Shown here: positions 16,994-25,110 of the stretch, piece by piece | How positions within the stretch are numbered: position 1 is the stretch's first letter | Layout of the letters: every line of letters starts with the position of its first letter | NCBI GenBank assembly: GCA_017938505.1 | Contig: JAGBBH010000079.1 | Location: forward strand, 1 to 51,576 | Length of the DNA: 51,576 nt | From: Clostridia bacterium | GTDB taxonomy: Bacteria; Bacillota; Clostridia; Christensenellales; UBA1242 | Direction: 5' to 3' | Notes under the pieces: generated by a model | Databases searched by the model: none | What the model was told of the DNA's origin: nothing | Seen by the model: the letters and a program-made list of their open reading frames with translations, nothing else | Translations under genes and position numbers: made by a program

Positions 16994-19900
16994 TTATTTG
17001 TTCATTCTGCCAACAAAACGACCAGTCTTCTTTTTGCGGTAGAACCAAACAAATGCCACCACTCCAAAAATTGCAACCGCACCAGACCCGAAAGCAATAA
17101 CGACATTTTCATTACCCTGTCCTTCGCTTGCACTTTCCGCAGGCGCCGCCTTATATGTAAAATATCCAGGACTGCCCGCAGCATCAATCCTCGCATATGT
17201 CGCATCTGTGTAACTTGAATTAAATGCAGTTCCATTTCCACCAACTAAGGCTTTAGTAGATTGAAACATCTGTATTGATTCTGTAACGGCAGAAATCGAC
17301 CATTTGTCAGAGACATATATTGTTCTTAAAGACGAACAACCAGAAAACATATATCGCATATTTGCAACATTTGAAGTATCAAAATTTGACAAATCTAAAC
17401 TTGTTAAAGATGAACAAAAATTAAACATATAACCCATATATGTAACATTTGAAGTATCAAAATTTGACAAATCTAAACTTGTAAATCTATAGCAACCAGA
17501 AAACATACTTCTCATGTCTGTAACTTTTGAAGTGTCCCATCCTGATAAATCCAAACTTGTAAGTTCCATCTTTCCCATAGCAGCTCCAAATACAGTGACC
17601 ATATTTATCACATTTGAAGTGTCAAAGTTAGAAACATCTAAACTTGTTAGTTTTACACAATTACTAAACATAAGACTTATATCTATCGCTTTAGAAGTGT
17701 CAAAATTAGAAACATCTAAACTTGTTAAACTTTGGCAATTATAAAACATTGAAGACATGTCTATTACATTTGAGGTGTCAAAGTTAGAAACATCTAAACT
17801 TGTTAACTTTTGGCAACTATAGAACATTCCATACATATCTGTTACATTTGAAGTATCAAAACTAGATATATCAAGACTTGTCATTGACTTGCAATACATA
17901 AACATATGTTTCATATTTGTAACTTTAGAAGTATTAAAAGTTGACAAGTTTAAACTAGTTAAAGCATGTTGAAGCCCCAAAATTGATGTTGTAGAAGAAG
18001 TTGCCGCAAACATAAATTCCATATTCGTAGCGTTTGAAGTATCAAAATTGTAAAACTCAATTGCCGTTACCGCCCAAAAAGCGTATAAAGCATAAGAAGC
18101 GTCAACAAGTGCCATTTTCTTGTTTGAAAGCACATAGACCGTTGTGCATCCAGCCCCATAGATTTTTGCCATACCGCTTTCATCTGCAGTCGCATCAACA
18201 CCTGCCAACCCAGAAATAACATTTTCCCCATCTACATAATAAACTTCTTCAGCAGTTTTGTTTCCATTTTCATTGCGATAAAAATCAAACACGATTTTTT
18301 GTGCAGCCTTATCTACCGTCGTATATTCACTCACATTCTTCATAAGCGCATTTAGTTCTTTCCCTGCTTTAAGAAAAACAGGATACTTGTCTGCAATATC
18401 TGTAAAATATCCAGGAAGACCATCTTTGCCGTCAATCCTCGCATAACTCGCGTCTGTGTAACTATCACTATATGTCGTCCCATTTCCACCAACCAAGGCA
18501 AAGCAAGCATCAAACATTCCGTACGAACTCGTAACAGCAGAAGTTGTCCACTTATCCGAAACATAAACAGTTTCCAACAAACAACTATATCCAAACATAT
18601 AGTCCATATCACAAACATTTGAAGTATCAATCCCCGACAAATCTAATTCTGGGACATTCAAATCCGAGTTGACATAACAATATTTGATTGCAGATGCAAA
18701 CATAGAATTTAAATTTTTTACTGCTTTTGCCTTAAAACCACTTAAATTAAGTTCCACTGCTGCACCAACATGTCCACCAAACCAACTGAACATATAGGAC
18801 ATATCTTCCACTTTTGTCGCATCCAAATTCGAAAGGTTCGCATAAACTTTATCCCCATACACTTCATCTGCAAAGGATTCAAACATATGAGACATATTAA
18901 TCACATTTGAAGTGTCAAAACTTGAAATATCTGCCACAACATCACCTGAAGCCTCACTCTTACAATTAAACATATAACTCATATTGGTTGTCTTTGAAGT
19001 GTTAAAGTTAAAGAATGACTCTAGTGATTTTATTCCACCAAAATTTTGAAACATATAACTCGCATCTTCATTCATCATCATTTCTTTTGCAGAAAGAACA
19101 TAAACCGTTGCTCTGCCTGCGTTATAAATCAACGCCTCTCCATTCCCTCCAGCGGTTGCGTCAACCCCTGTCATTCCAGAGATAACATTCGTTCCGTTCA
19201 CATAATAAACTTTCGCTTGTGTTGTGTTTCCGCTTGAATCACGATAATAATCAAACACAATCTTTTGCACAGTCCTATTTGAAGTCGAATATGATGAAGC
19301 ATTTTTCATAAGGGCATTTAGTTCTTGCCCAGTTTTGAGAGCGACCTTATACTTTTCCGCAACATCGGTAAAATATCCAGGAAGACCATCTTTGCCGTCA
19401 ATCCTCGCATATGTTTTGTCTTTGTAACTTGAACTATATTTTGTTCCATTTCCACCAACCAAGGCAGAGCAACCATTAAACATATATGTTGAACTCGTAA
19501 CTGCAGAAGTCGTCCACTTGTCTGAAACATATACAGTTTTTAGATATCGACAATTTTGAAACATATATGTCATATTTGTAACTTTTGAGGTATCAAAACT
19601 TGATAAATCCAAACTTAAATTTGTTGCACTATATCCGCAAGATTGAAACATATATCTCGTATATGTTACACTTGATGTGTCAAAACTTGACAAATTCAAA
19701 CTTAAACTTGTTGCACTATATCCGCAACATGAAAACATAGACCCCATATCTATAACTTTTGCTGTATTAAAACTTGACAAATCCAAACTTAAATTTGTTG
19801 CACTATATCCACAATAATAAAACATAGACGACATATTTGTTACACTTGATGTATCGAAACTTGACAAGTCCAAAGTAAAATTGCTTGCACTATATCCACA

Positions 19901-21667
19901 ATATGAAAACATATTTGACATATTTGTTACACTTGATGTATTGAAATGCGAAATATCCAGTATAAAGTTTGAACTATTATATCCACAACATACAAACATA
20001 CCTTCCATACTGGTTACACTTGATGTATCAAAACTTGATAGGTCTAACTCAAAACTTGTTGCACTATATCCGCAATATAAAAACATAGACGACATATCTG
20101 TTACACTTGAAGTGTCGAAACTTGTCAAATCTAAATTGAAACTTGTTGTCCACTCACCACAAGAAGTAAACATATTTGACATATTTGTAACGCTTGATGT
20201 GTCCCAACCCGAAAGATTTAAACTACCTCCAAACCGCCAACCGCTAAACATCTTTGTCATATTTGTCATACCTGAAACATTCCAACTAGATAAGTCGAGT
20301 TGATTGATGCCACAATTTCCAAACATCTCCTGCACCGAGGCTTTCACAGTCCAGCCAGAAAAGTCTAATGAATTTAACAACACAGTACTACCAAACATAT
20401 AGTCCATCGTCGTTACTTTTTCAACATTCCAATTTGAAACATTAAGGCCTACAAGGTTTCTTGAACCAAAAAACATACCACTCATATCAGTTACATTTGA
20501 GGTGTCAAAACTTGTTAAATCCAAATTAAGCGACGGATTCTCGTTGTCATATTCGCCACAATAAGCAAACATATATGACATATTTGTCGTTTGTGAAGTG
20601 ATAAGGTTGTTAAAGACCGCAGAACCCAACCAATAAAAACCATAGAATGTGTAAGACAAATCTCTCGCCGTTATTTCGCTTAATGACAAAACATAAATTG
20701 TCGAAGTCCCCGCACCATACAGCATTATTTTTCCCGCCTCATCAACATCAACAGGAGTCCCCGACAATCCAGCAATAAGGTTTGTTCCATTTGGAGCATA
20801 CTGTCCTGATGCTGTGTAATAATCAAAAATAATTGAAGTTGTTACCGAATTTTTGACTGTATAATCATCAGCATTTTTCATAAGCGCATTGAGTTGTTGT
20901 CCTGTCTTCAAATATGCAACATTTGCTGGTGCAAGCACTGAATAAGAAAGTCTAACCCCGCAAGATGAGGTGAGATATCTGTTTCTTGCAATGCCTGTGC
21001 TTGTTATGTATGTTGCGTTGTTGATCGTTGTCAAATCTCTTGTCCAATAGTCGCAATATTGCGTGTTAGAAATTCCTGCCATCATACAAACCAAATCGCT
21101 TGCATACGCAACCTTGCTCGTGAAGTTTTCATTAAGTTCATCTTGCGAAACTTGATAAACTCCTGTTGTGGTTATGTTTTCAGATTTCACTGCAATGTTT
21201 GTTCCGTCTGCGTTGAAATAGTCAAACTCTCTTTCAACCTCTGCGGCAAAATTAATTTGACAAGATTCATTTCCAAAGTTCGTGTTATATGCCAAATATT
21301 GTGCACTGTCAGAATATTTCCAGCCTTCGCTTACACTTCCACTTGCAATTGCACCCCAGTCCAAAACCACATCTGAAACCGCTGTCTTTACAACATCTTC
21401 AGTTCTTGAACTTGGAATAATGCTGTCCCTTTCACTTTCTGCAACTCCAAAATCACTCAATCGCCAGCGGATTGGTTCCAACTTATACCAATAAAAACTG
21501 CCAGCAACAAAATTTACACTCGTTCCATCCAATGAAACAGAAACACTCTTTGGTGCTGTCAGTTTTAAATATTCTTCATCGTTATATGTATATACCCCAT
21601 ACAAATTTCCAGCAACAGTCAAAGAATATTGCACAGAAAGTCCTGCAGAGTTTAATGTTGTGTTCAA
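16994..21667 (-). CDS. Giant BspA/DUF285-type leucine-rich-repeat surface protein with C-terminal TM anchor, 1557 aa as tracked
   Basis: There are dozens of 24-26-aa repeats of the form L.LS.FDTS.VT.M..MF..C. Three modules each start with LK(T/A)G.ELNALMKN and end with YVSDKW..SAVT....MF......LVGGNGT....SY.D..YARID...(L)PGYFT. The C-terminal hydrophobic segment VVIAFGSGAVAIFGVVAFVWF is followed by YRKKK. The tracked TTG start has no RBS or signal peptide. The same frame stays open upstream to 21865. Confidence 0.85.
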   Translation of the reverse strand: MNTTLNSAGLSVQYSLTVAGNLYGVYTYNDEEYLKLTAPKSVSVSLDGTSVNFVAGSFYWYKLEPIRWRLSDFGVAESERDSIIPSSRTEDVVKTAVSDVVLDWGAIASGSVSEGWKYSDSAQYLAYNTNFGNESCQINFAAEVEREFDYFNADGTNIAVKSENITTTGVYQVSQDELNENFTSKVAYASDLVCMMAGISNTQYCDYWTRDLTTINNATYITSTGIARNRYLTSSCGVRLSYSVLAPANVAYLKTGQQLNALMKNADDYTVKNSVTTSIIFDYYTASGQYAPNGTNLIAGLSGTPVDVDEAGKIMLYGAGTSTIYVLSLSEITARDLSYTFYGFYWLGSAVFNNLITSQTTNMSYMFAYCGEYDNENPSLNLDLTSFDTSNVTDMSGMFFGSRNLVGLNVSNWNVEKVTTMDYMFGSTVLLNSLDFSGWTVKASVQEMFGNCGINQLDLSSWNVSGMTNMTKMFSGWRFGGSLNLSGWDTSSVTNMSNMFTSCGEWTTSFNLDLTSFDTSSVTDMSSMFLYCGYSATSFELDLSSFDTSSVTSMEGMFVCCGYNSSNFILDISHFNTSSVTNMSNMFSYCGYSASNFTLDLSSFDTSSVTNMSSMFYYCGYSATNLSLDLSSFNTAKVIDMGSMFSCCGYSATSLSLNLSSFDTSSVTYTRYMFQSCGYSATNLSLDLSSFDTSKVTNMTYMFQNCRYLKTVYVSDKWTTSAVTSSTYMFNGCSALVGGNGTKYSSSYKDKTYARIDGKDGLPGYFTDVAEKYKVALKTGQELNALMKNASSYSTSNRTVQKIVFDYYRDSSGNTTQAKVYYVNGTNVISGMTGVDATAGGNGEALIYNAGRATVYVLSAKEMMMNEDASYMFQNFGGIKSLESFFNFNTSKTTNMSYMFNCKSEASGDVVADISSFDTSNVINMSHMFESFADEVYGDKVYANLSNLDATKVEDMSYMFSWFGGHVGAAVELNLSGFKAKAVKNLNSMFASAIKYCYVNSDLNVPELDLSGIDTSNVCDMDYMFGYSCLLETVYVSDKWTTSAVTSSYGMFDACFALVGGNGTTYSDSYTDASYARIDGKDGLPGYFTDIADKYPVFLKAGKELNALMKNVSEYTTVDKAAQKIVFDFYRNENGNKTAEEVYYVDGENVISGLAGVDATADESGMAKIYGAGCTTVYVLSNKKMALVDASYALYAFWAVTAIEFYNFDTSNATNMEFMFAATSSTTSILGLQHALTSLNLSTFNTSKVTNMKHMFMYCKSMTSLDISSFDTSNVTDMYGMFYSCQKLTSLDVSNFDTSNVIDMSSMFYNCQSLTSLDVSNFDTSKAIDISLMFSNCVKLTSLDVSNFDTSNVINMVTVFGAAMGKMELTSLDLSGWDTSKVTDMRSMFSGCYRFTSLDLSNFDTSNVTYMGYMFNFCSSLTSLDLSNFDTSNVANMRYMFSGCSSLRTIYVSDKWSISAVTESIQMFQSTKALVGGNGTAFNSSYTDATYARIDAAGSPGYFTYKAAPAESASEGQGNENVVIAFGSGAVAIFGVVAFVWFYRKKKTGRFVGRMNK
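17325..18050 (-). repeat. Array of ~72-75-nt coding repeats (LRR units, module 3)
   Basis: Successive near-identical units encode LTSLD(V/L)SNFDTSNV..M..MF..C. Confidence 0.8.
19538..20620 (-). repeat. Array of ~78-nt coding repeats (LRR units, module 1)
   Basis: About eight highly similar 26-aa units (LDLSSFDTSSVT.MS.MF.YCGYSA(T/S)..S) occupy ~19538-20170. More divergent units continue to ~20620. Confidence 0.8.
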
Positions 21668-21806
21668 CGAATTTCCAACATAACTTTGCGGATAATATCC
21701 ATCTTCAAAATAGAAATATTGCTTGTCGCCATCATATTTAAGTTCAAATCGCCCGCTAGAGGTAGAATTTGCACTTATTTCACTATCTGCATAAGTTCTG
21801 TTTGGG

Positions 21807-21902
21807 TTAGAAAGAGAACCGCAAATACCCCCCCCCCACGCACAGTGAGGTTGTTGCCAAAATTGCTATCAAAAATCCAAAAATATATTTCCTTATCAAC
21901 AC
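21807..21902 (-). CDS. Leader ORF encoding a signal peptide, out of frame with the LRR gene (5' part of a frameshifted/phase-variable gene)
   Basis: AAAGGAAAAAA is followed by GTG at 21902. The product is (M)LIRKYIFGFLIAILATTSLCVGGG, then YLRFSF and a stop. The basic N-region, hydrophobic core and Cys fit a signal or lipoprotein-like peptide. The ORF ends 18 nt after the G10 tract. Confidence 0.6.
   Translation of the reverse strand: MLIRKYIFGFLIAILATTSLCVGGGYLRFSF
21828..21837 (-). repeat. Homopolymer tract, G10 on the coding strand (C10 on +)
   Basis: Ten consecutive C at 21828-21837 in an otherwise AT-rich sequence. The tract lies exactly between the signal-peptide ORF and the open LRR reading frame. 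Confidence 0.95.
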
Positions 21903-21966
21903 TTTTTTCCTTTAAATTTATATTTTGTTTCAATTCCGGCATAAATCAATTGTCTTTTTCTTTTTT

Positions 21967-21995
21967 ATTATATACAAAAACCATCATTTTTCCAA
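21967..21995 (-). promoter_or_regulatory. Putative promoter of the LRR surface protein gene
   Basis: On the minus strand: TTGGAA (21995-21990), a 17-nt spacer, then TATAAT (21972-21967). The -10 box ends 64 nt upstream of the GTG at 21902. Confidence 0.45.
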
Positions 21996-22082
21996 ACAAT
22001 TTAACAAAATTTCTTGAAAACGAACTTAATTGTTCTATTTTATCTCAAACAACTTGTTTTTGCTTAATGCACCCCCACAACC

Positions 22083-22112
22083 CACAACAAAAAAAGGAAG
22101 TTTTCACTTCCT
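22083..22112 (-). terminator. Rho-independent terminator of the CNNM gene
   Basis: Stem AGGAAGT/ACTTCCT (7 bp) with a 4-nt loop overlaps the stop codon. T8 follows on the minus strand. Confidence 0.7.
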
Positions 22113-23470
22113 TATTTTTCTTCTTGTTCGTCTTTGATATAAGAAATTTTTAAGTTGACTTTTCTAATTCTGTGCCCTTCCATTTTTGTGATTGTAAAAA
22201 TCATATTTATCTTGTTTTGCGTTAAATTCCCTTCATCATCAATGAGTTCATCAATCGTAAAATATTCATAGACTTTTTTGTTCTCTGGAATTTCTTCAGA
22301 CAAATCAAACAAAAACGAGTTGATAGTTTGATATGGGTTTTCTGGAACATTTTCAATTTCAAGTCTATCAAAAAGTTCTTCAACTGAAATTTCTGCATCA
22401 ATGGAATATTCATCATCTCCCACTTGTTCAAGAGCAGGTTCTTTTTCATCTTGGTCGGTTTCATCATAAATTTCGCCAACAATCGTTTCAATGCAATCTT
22501 CCATAGTTACAATTCCGGAAACACCTCCGTTTTCATCAATGACCACCGCCAAATGCTTTTTCGCTTTTTGCATATCTTTAATAAGCGTGTCAATATTTGT
22601 GTTTTCCGCTGTAAAAAGAGGTTTCTTCATAAGTTCTGACAAAACTATATTCTTTCCAGAAATCTTCGCATTGAAAAAATCTTTAATGTTCAAAAGACCA
22701 ACAACATTGTCTGTGTTTTCTTTGTAAACTGGAATTCTTGAGTATTGATGCTCTGAAAATGCCTTTTCAATTTCTTCTACGGTTGAATCAACATTCAAAA
22801 AAACAACATCAACTCTATGCGTCATAATATCGTGTGCAGTCGCTTCTTTAATTTTAAAAGTTCCTTGGAGCATATCCGCTTCGTCTTTGTCCAACATTCC
22901 ATCTTCTTCCATTGTGTCAATGATACTTTCAAGTTCATCAACAGTAACATTGTTGGAATTGTCTTTTTTCTTGGTAAACAATTTTTGCAAACCGTAGAAA
23001 CAAATCACAATTGGATAAAGCACTTTCATAAGCACATATATTGGCCCCGCAACTTTAACCGCAAATTTTTCTGGTCTTGCTTTTGCGAGTGCCTTTGGCA
23101 AAATTTCTCCAGTGATCAAAATTACAATTGTCATCACAACCGTGTTGAGAACATTCATCAAAGCAGGATTATGAGAAAGAAACTGCGAAAAAAGAAACGC
23201 ACAGAGTGTGGTTGAAAGAATGTTTACAATGTTATTTCCAACGAGAATTGTAGTCAAACACCTGTCGTAATGCTCTGAAATGTAAAGTGCCTTTCTTGCT
23301 CCTTTGACTTTGTTCTCAGCCATTCCTCTGATTCTAATTAAATTCATAGAGGTAAGTGCTGTTTCGCTTGCCGAAAAAAACGCAGACAAAAGCAAAAGAA
23401 CAACGATAACCGCAATCAATGCGGCGTGAATAGAACTAAAAGTTGCTAAAAGCATACTGGGGTGATACAT
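22112..23470 (-). CDS. CNNM/DUF21-CBS-CorC_HlyC family transporter (hemolysin-family protein), 452 aa
   Basis: The start was moved to ATG 23470 (MYHPS...), which has AAGGAGAA upstream. The N-terminal DUF21 TM domain contains SASETALTS. It is followed by a CBS pair and a C-terminal transporter-associated domain. Confidence 0.85.
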   Translation of the reverse strand: MYHPSMLLATFSSIHAALIAVIVVLLLLSAFFSASETALTSMNLIRIRGMAENKVKGARKALYISEHYDRCLTTILVGNNIVNILSTTLCAFLFSQFLSHNPALMNVLNTVVMTIVILITGEILPKALAKARPEKFAVKVAGPIYVLMKVLYPIVICFYGLQKLFTKKKDNSNNVTVDELESIIDTMEEDGMLDKDEADMLQGTFKIKEATAHDIMTHRVDVVFLNVDSTVEEIEKAFSEHQYSRIPVYKENTDNVVGLLNIKDFFNAKISGKNIVLSELMKKPLFTAENTNIDTLIKDMQKAKKHLAVVIDENGGVSGIVTMEDCIETIVGEIYDETDQDEKEPALEQVGDDEYSIDAEISVEELFDRLEIENVPENPYQTINSFLFDLSEEIPENKKVYEYFTIDELIDDEGNLTQNKINMIFTITKMEGHRIRKVNLKISYIKDEQEEK

Positions 23471-23641
23471 AATTTTCTCCTTATAATCAAAAAAATAATT
23501 CATTTAAATCATCAGTCATTTGAATGTCTTTGCATTAAAAAACAATGTTTACATAACTAATTTATTTAAATTTCTAGTGTATTATATCACAAAACGCAAC
23601 AAATGTAAAGAGTTTTTGTATCAATTCGTTTCTTCGTCCGG

Positions 23642-23670
23642 TTGACAGCAATTTTTCCGTTTGATATAAT
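23642..23670 (+). promoter_or_regulatory. Consensus sigma-70 promoter of the radical SAM gene
   Basis: TTGACA (23642-23647), a 17-nt spacer, then TATAAT (23665-23670) with TG at -15/-14. Confidence 0.6.
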
Positions 23671-23757
23671 TCTCAATATAGACATATATTTTTATCTTTT
23701 TGCAAATTGCAAAATTCAAATTATTAACAAAAACTTTCAAAAAGGAAAATAAAAGAA

Positions 23758-24600
23758 ATGGCTGAACAGTGTAAAATTTGCCCAAGGGGTTGTTTAATAA
23801 ATAGAGAAAATTCAAAGGGGTTTTGCAATGAGTTCAAACAAATCCGCATTTCAAAAATTATAAAAAATTTTATGTGGGAAGAACCTTGCATAACAGGAAA
23901 CAAGGGTGCTTTGGCCATTTTCTTCTCTGGTTGCAACTTAAAATGTGATTATTGCCAAAACTTTCAAATATCACGAGGAGGGGTTGGAGAAGTTTACTCT
24001 ATTGACGAGTTTGTAAATATAATTGAACAAAATCAAGACAACCACTGTTTTATCGACCTAATCACACCAACACATTTCTCTGATCAGTTGCGTCAAGCCT
24101 TTAAAAAGATAAGCAAAAAAATCCCTGTCGTTTGGAACACAAATGGTTATGAATCAACCACTACAATTGAAAATGTTTCTGAGTTTGTTGATGTTTTTTT
24201 AACAGATTTCAAATATTCAGACAATCTCTTGGCCGAAAAATTTTCAAAATGCAAAAACTATTTTGAGGTTTGCCTTGATGCCACAAAAACGATGTGCGCC
24301 CTCAAAACTGACAAATATGAAAACGACTTAATTTCTCAAGGAGTCCTTATTAGACACCTCGTTTTGCCAGGTCTTGTTAAAAATTCTCTCGCAGTGCTGG
24401 ATTGCATAAAAGAAAACTTTCCAGAAAGAAAAATTAGCCTTATGAGCCAATTCACACCCAACGGACAAAGCGAACTAAACAGGCCTCTTAAGGCAATTGA
24501 ATATAAAACCGTTCTTGCCCATGCTGAAAAATTGCAACTAACAAATGGCTATTTTCAAGACTTTTCAAGCGCAAGTTCCAACTACATTCCAAAATTTTAA
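23758..24600 (+). CDS. Radical SAM protein, PflX-like (pyruvate formate-lyase activase homolog, COG1313 type), 280 aa
   Basis: CKICPRGC.INR....G.C, then EEPCITG..GALAIFFSGCNLKCDYCQNFQIS, which contains the CxxxCxxC cluster. Confidence 0.8.
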   Translation: MAEQCKICPRGCLINRENSKGFCNEFKQIRISKIIKNFMWEEPCITGNKGALAIFFSGCNLKCDYCQNFQISRGGVGEVYSIDEFVNIIEQNQDNHCFIDLITPTHFSDQLRQAFKKISKKIPVVWNTNGYESTTTIENVSEFVDVFLTDFKYSDNLLAEKFSKCKNYFEVCLDATKTMCALKTDKYENDLISQGVLIRHLVLPGLVKNSLAVLDCIKENFPERKISLMSQFTPNGQSELNRPLKAIEYKTVLAHAEKLQLTNGYFQDFSSASSNYIPKF

Positions 24601-24714
24601 CAATTTGCTCTTTATAAACCTTGCAAAAACAGAAAATTTCGTCAATTCATTTGACATAATTTTTATAAAATTTTATCATATTAATATAATTAAAATAATT
24701 TTGCGGAGGAATTT

Positions 24715-25008
24715 ATGTCAAAATCATCTAAAAGATACATATTTTTGGCAATCATCTTCAGTTTGGTTACAATTACTTTTACATTGCTTTATCGCTTTAA
24801 GGTTGTAGCAAGAATGGATTTATATTTGGCAGTTACTTATGTTACATACTTCGTTGGAATCGCCTTGCTTTATAATGGCGCATATGTGAGAGAACACGGC
24901 CACACAACATCTACTGGCATCAACTTTGGTTTTGGAATTTTGTTTATCATTGCCTCAACCGTAATGTTGGTTTATGGTTTAGTAACAGGCATAATTCTTT
25001 TGTTTTAA
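24715..25008 (+). CDS. Small membrane protein (3 predicted TM), 97 aa
   Basis: GGAGGAA RBS, three hydrophobic segments, and a terminator downstream. No family recognised. Confidence 0.55.
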   Translation: MSKSSKRYIFLAIIFSLVTITFTLLYRFKVVARMDLYLAVTYVTYFVGIALLYNGAYVREHGHTTSTGINFGFGILFIIASTVMLVYGLVTGIILLF

Positions 25009-25068
25009 ACAACAACCAAATTTTTAAAAACACCAATTAAAAAAACTTTAAATATTCAACAAAAAAAA

Positions 25069-25093
25069 AGACTGAATTTATCAGTCTTTTTTA
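25069..25093. terminator. Bidirectional terminator between convergent genes
   Basis: Stem AGACTGA/TCAGTCT (7 bp) with a 5-nt loop. A9 lies upstream and T6 downstream. Confidence 0.7.
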
Positions 25094-25110
25094 TTTGTTC
25101 TGTTTTGAAA

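Noticed and set aside
17325-20620. Regularly spaced 72-78-nt repeats that could superficially suggest a CRISPR-like array.
   Set aside because: The repeats are contiguous, with no unique spacers. They lie in one long open reading frame and translate to canonical DUF285/BspA LRR units. No cas genes are present.
22112-23503. Longer track starts for several minus-strand genes: CNNM at 23503, the Myb-like gene at 35418, the yqzL-like gene at 37227, the C1q-like gene at 37827 and the Cys-rich gene at 41616.
   Set aside because: In each case an internal ATG is preceded at proper spacing by a GGAG/GGAGG-type RBS. The upstream extension lacks an RBS and adds non-homologous residues.
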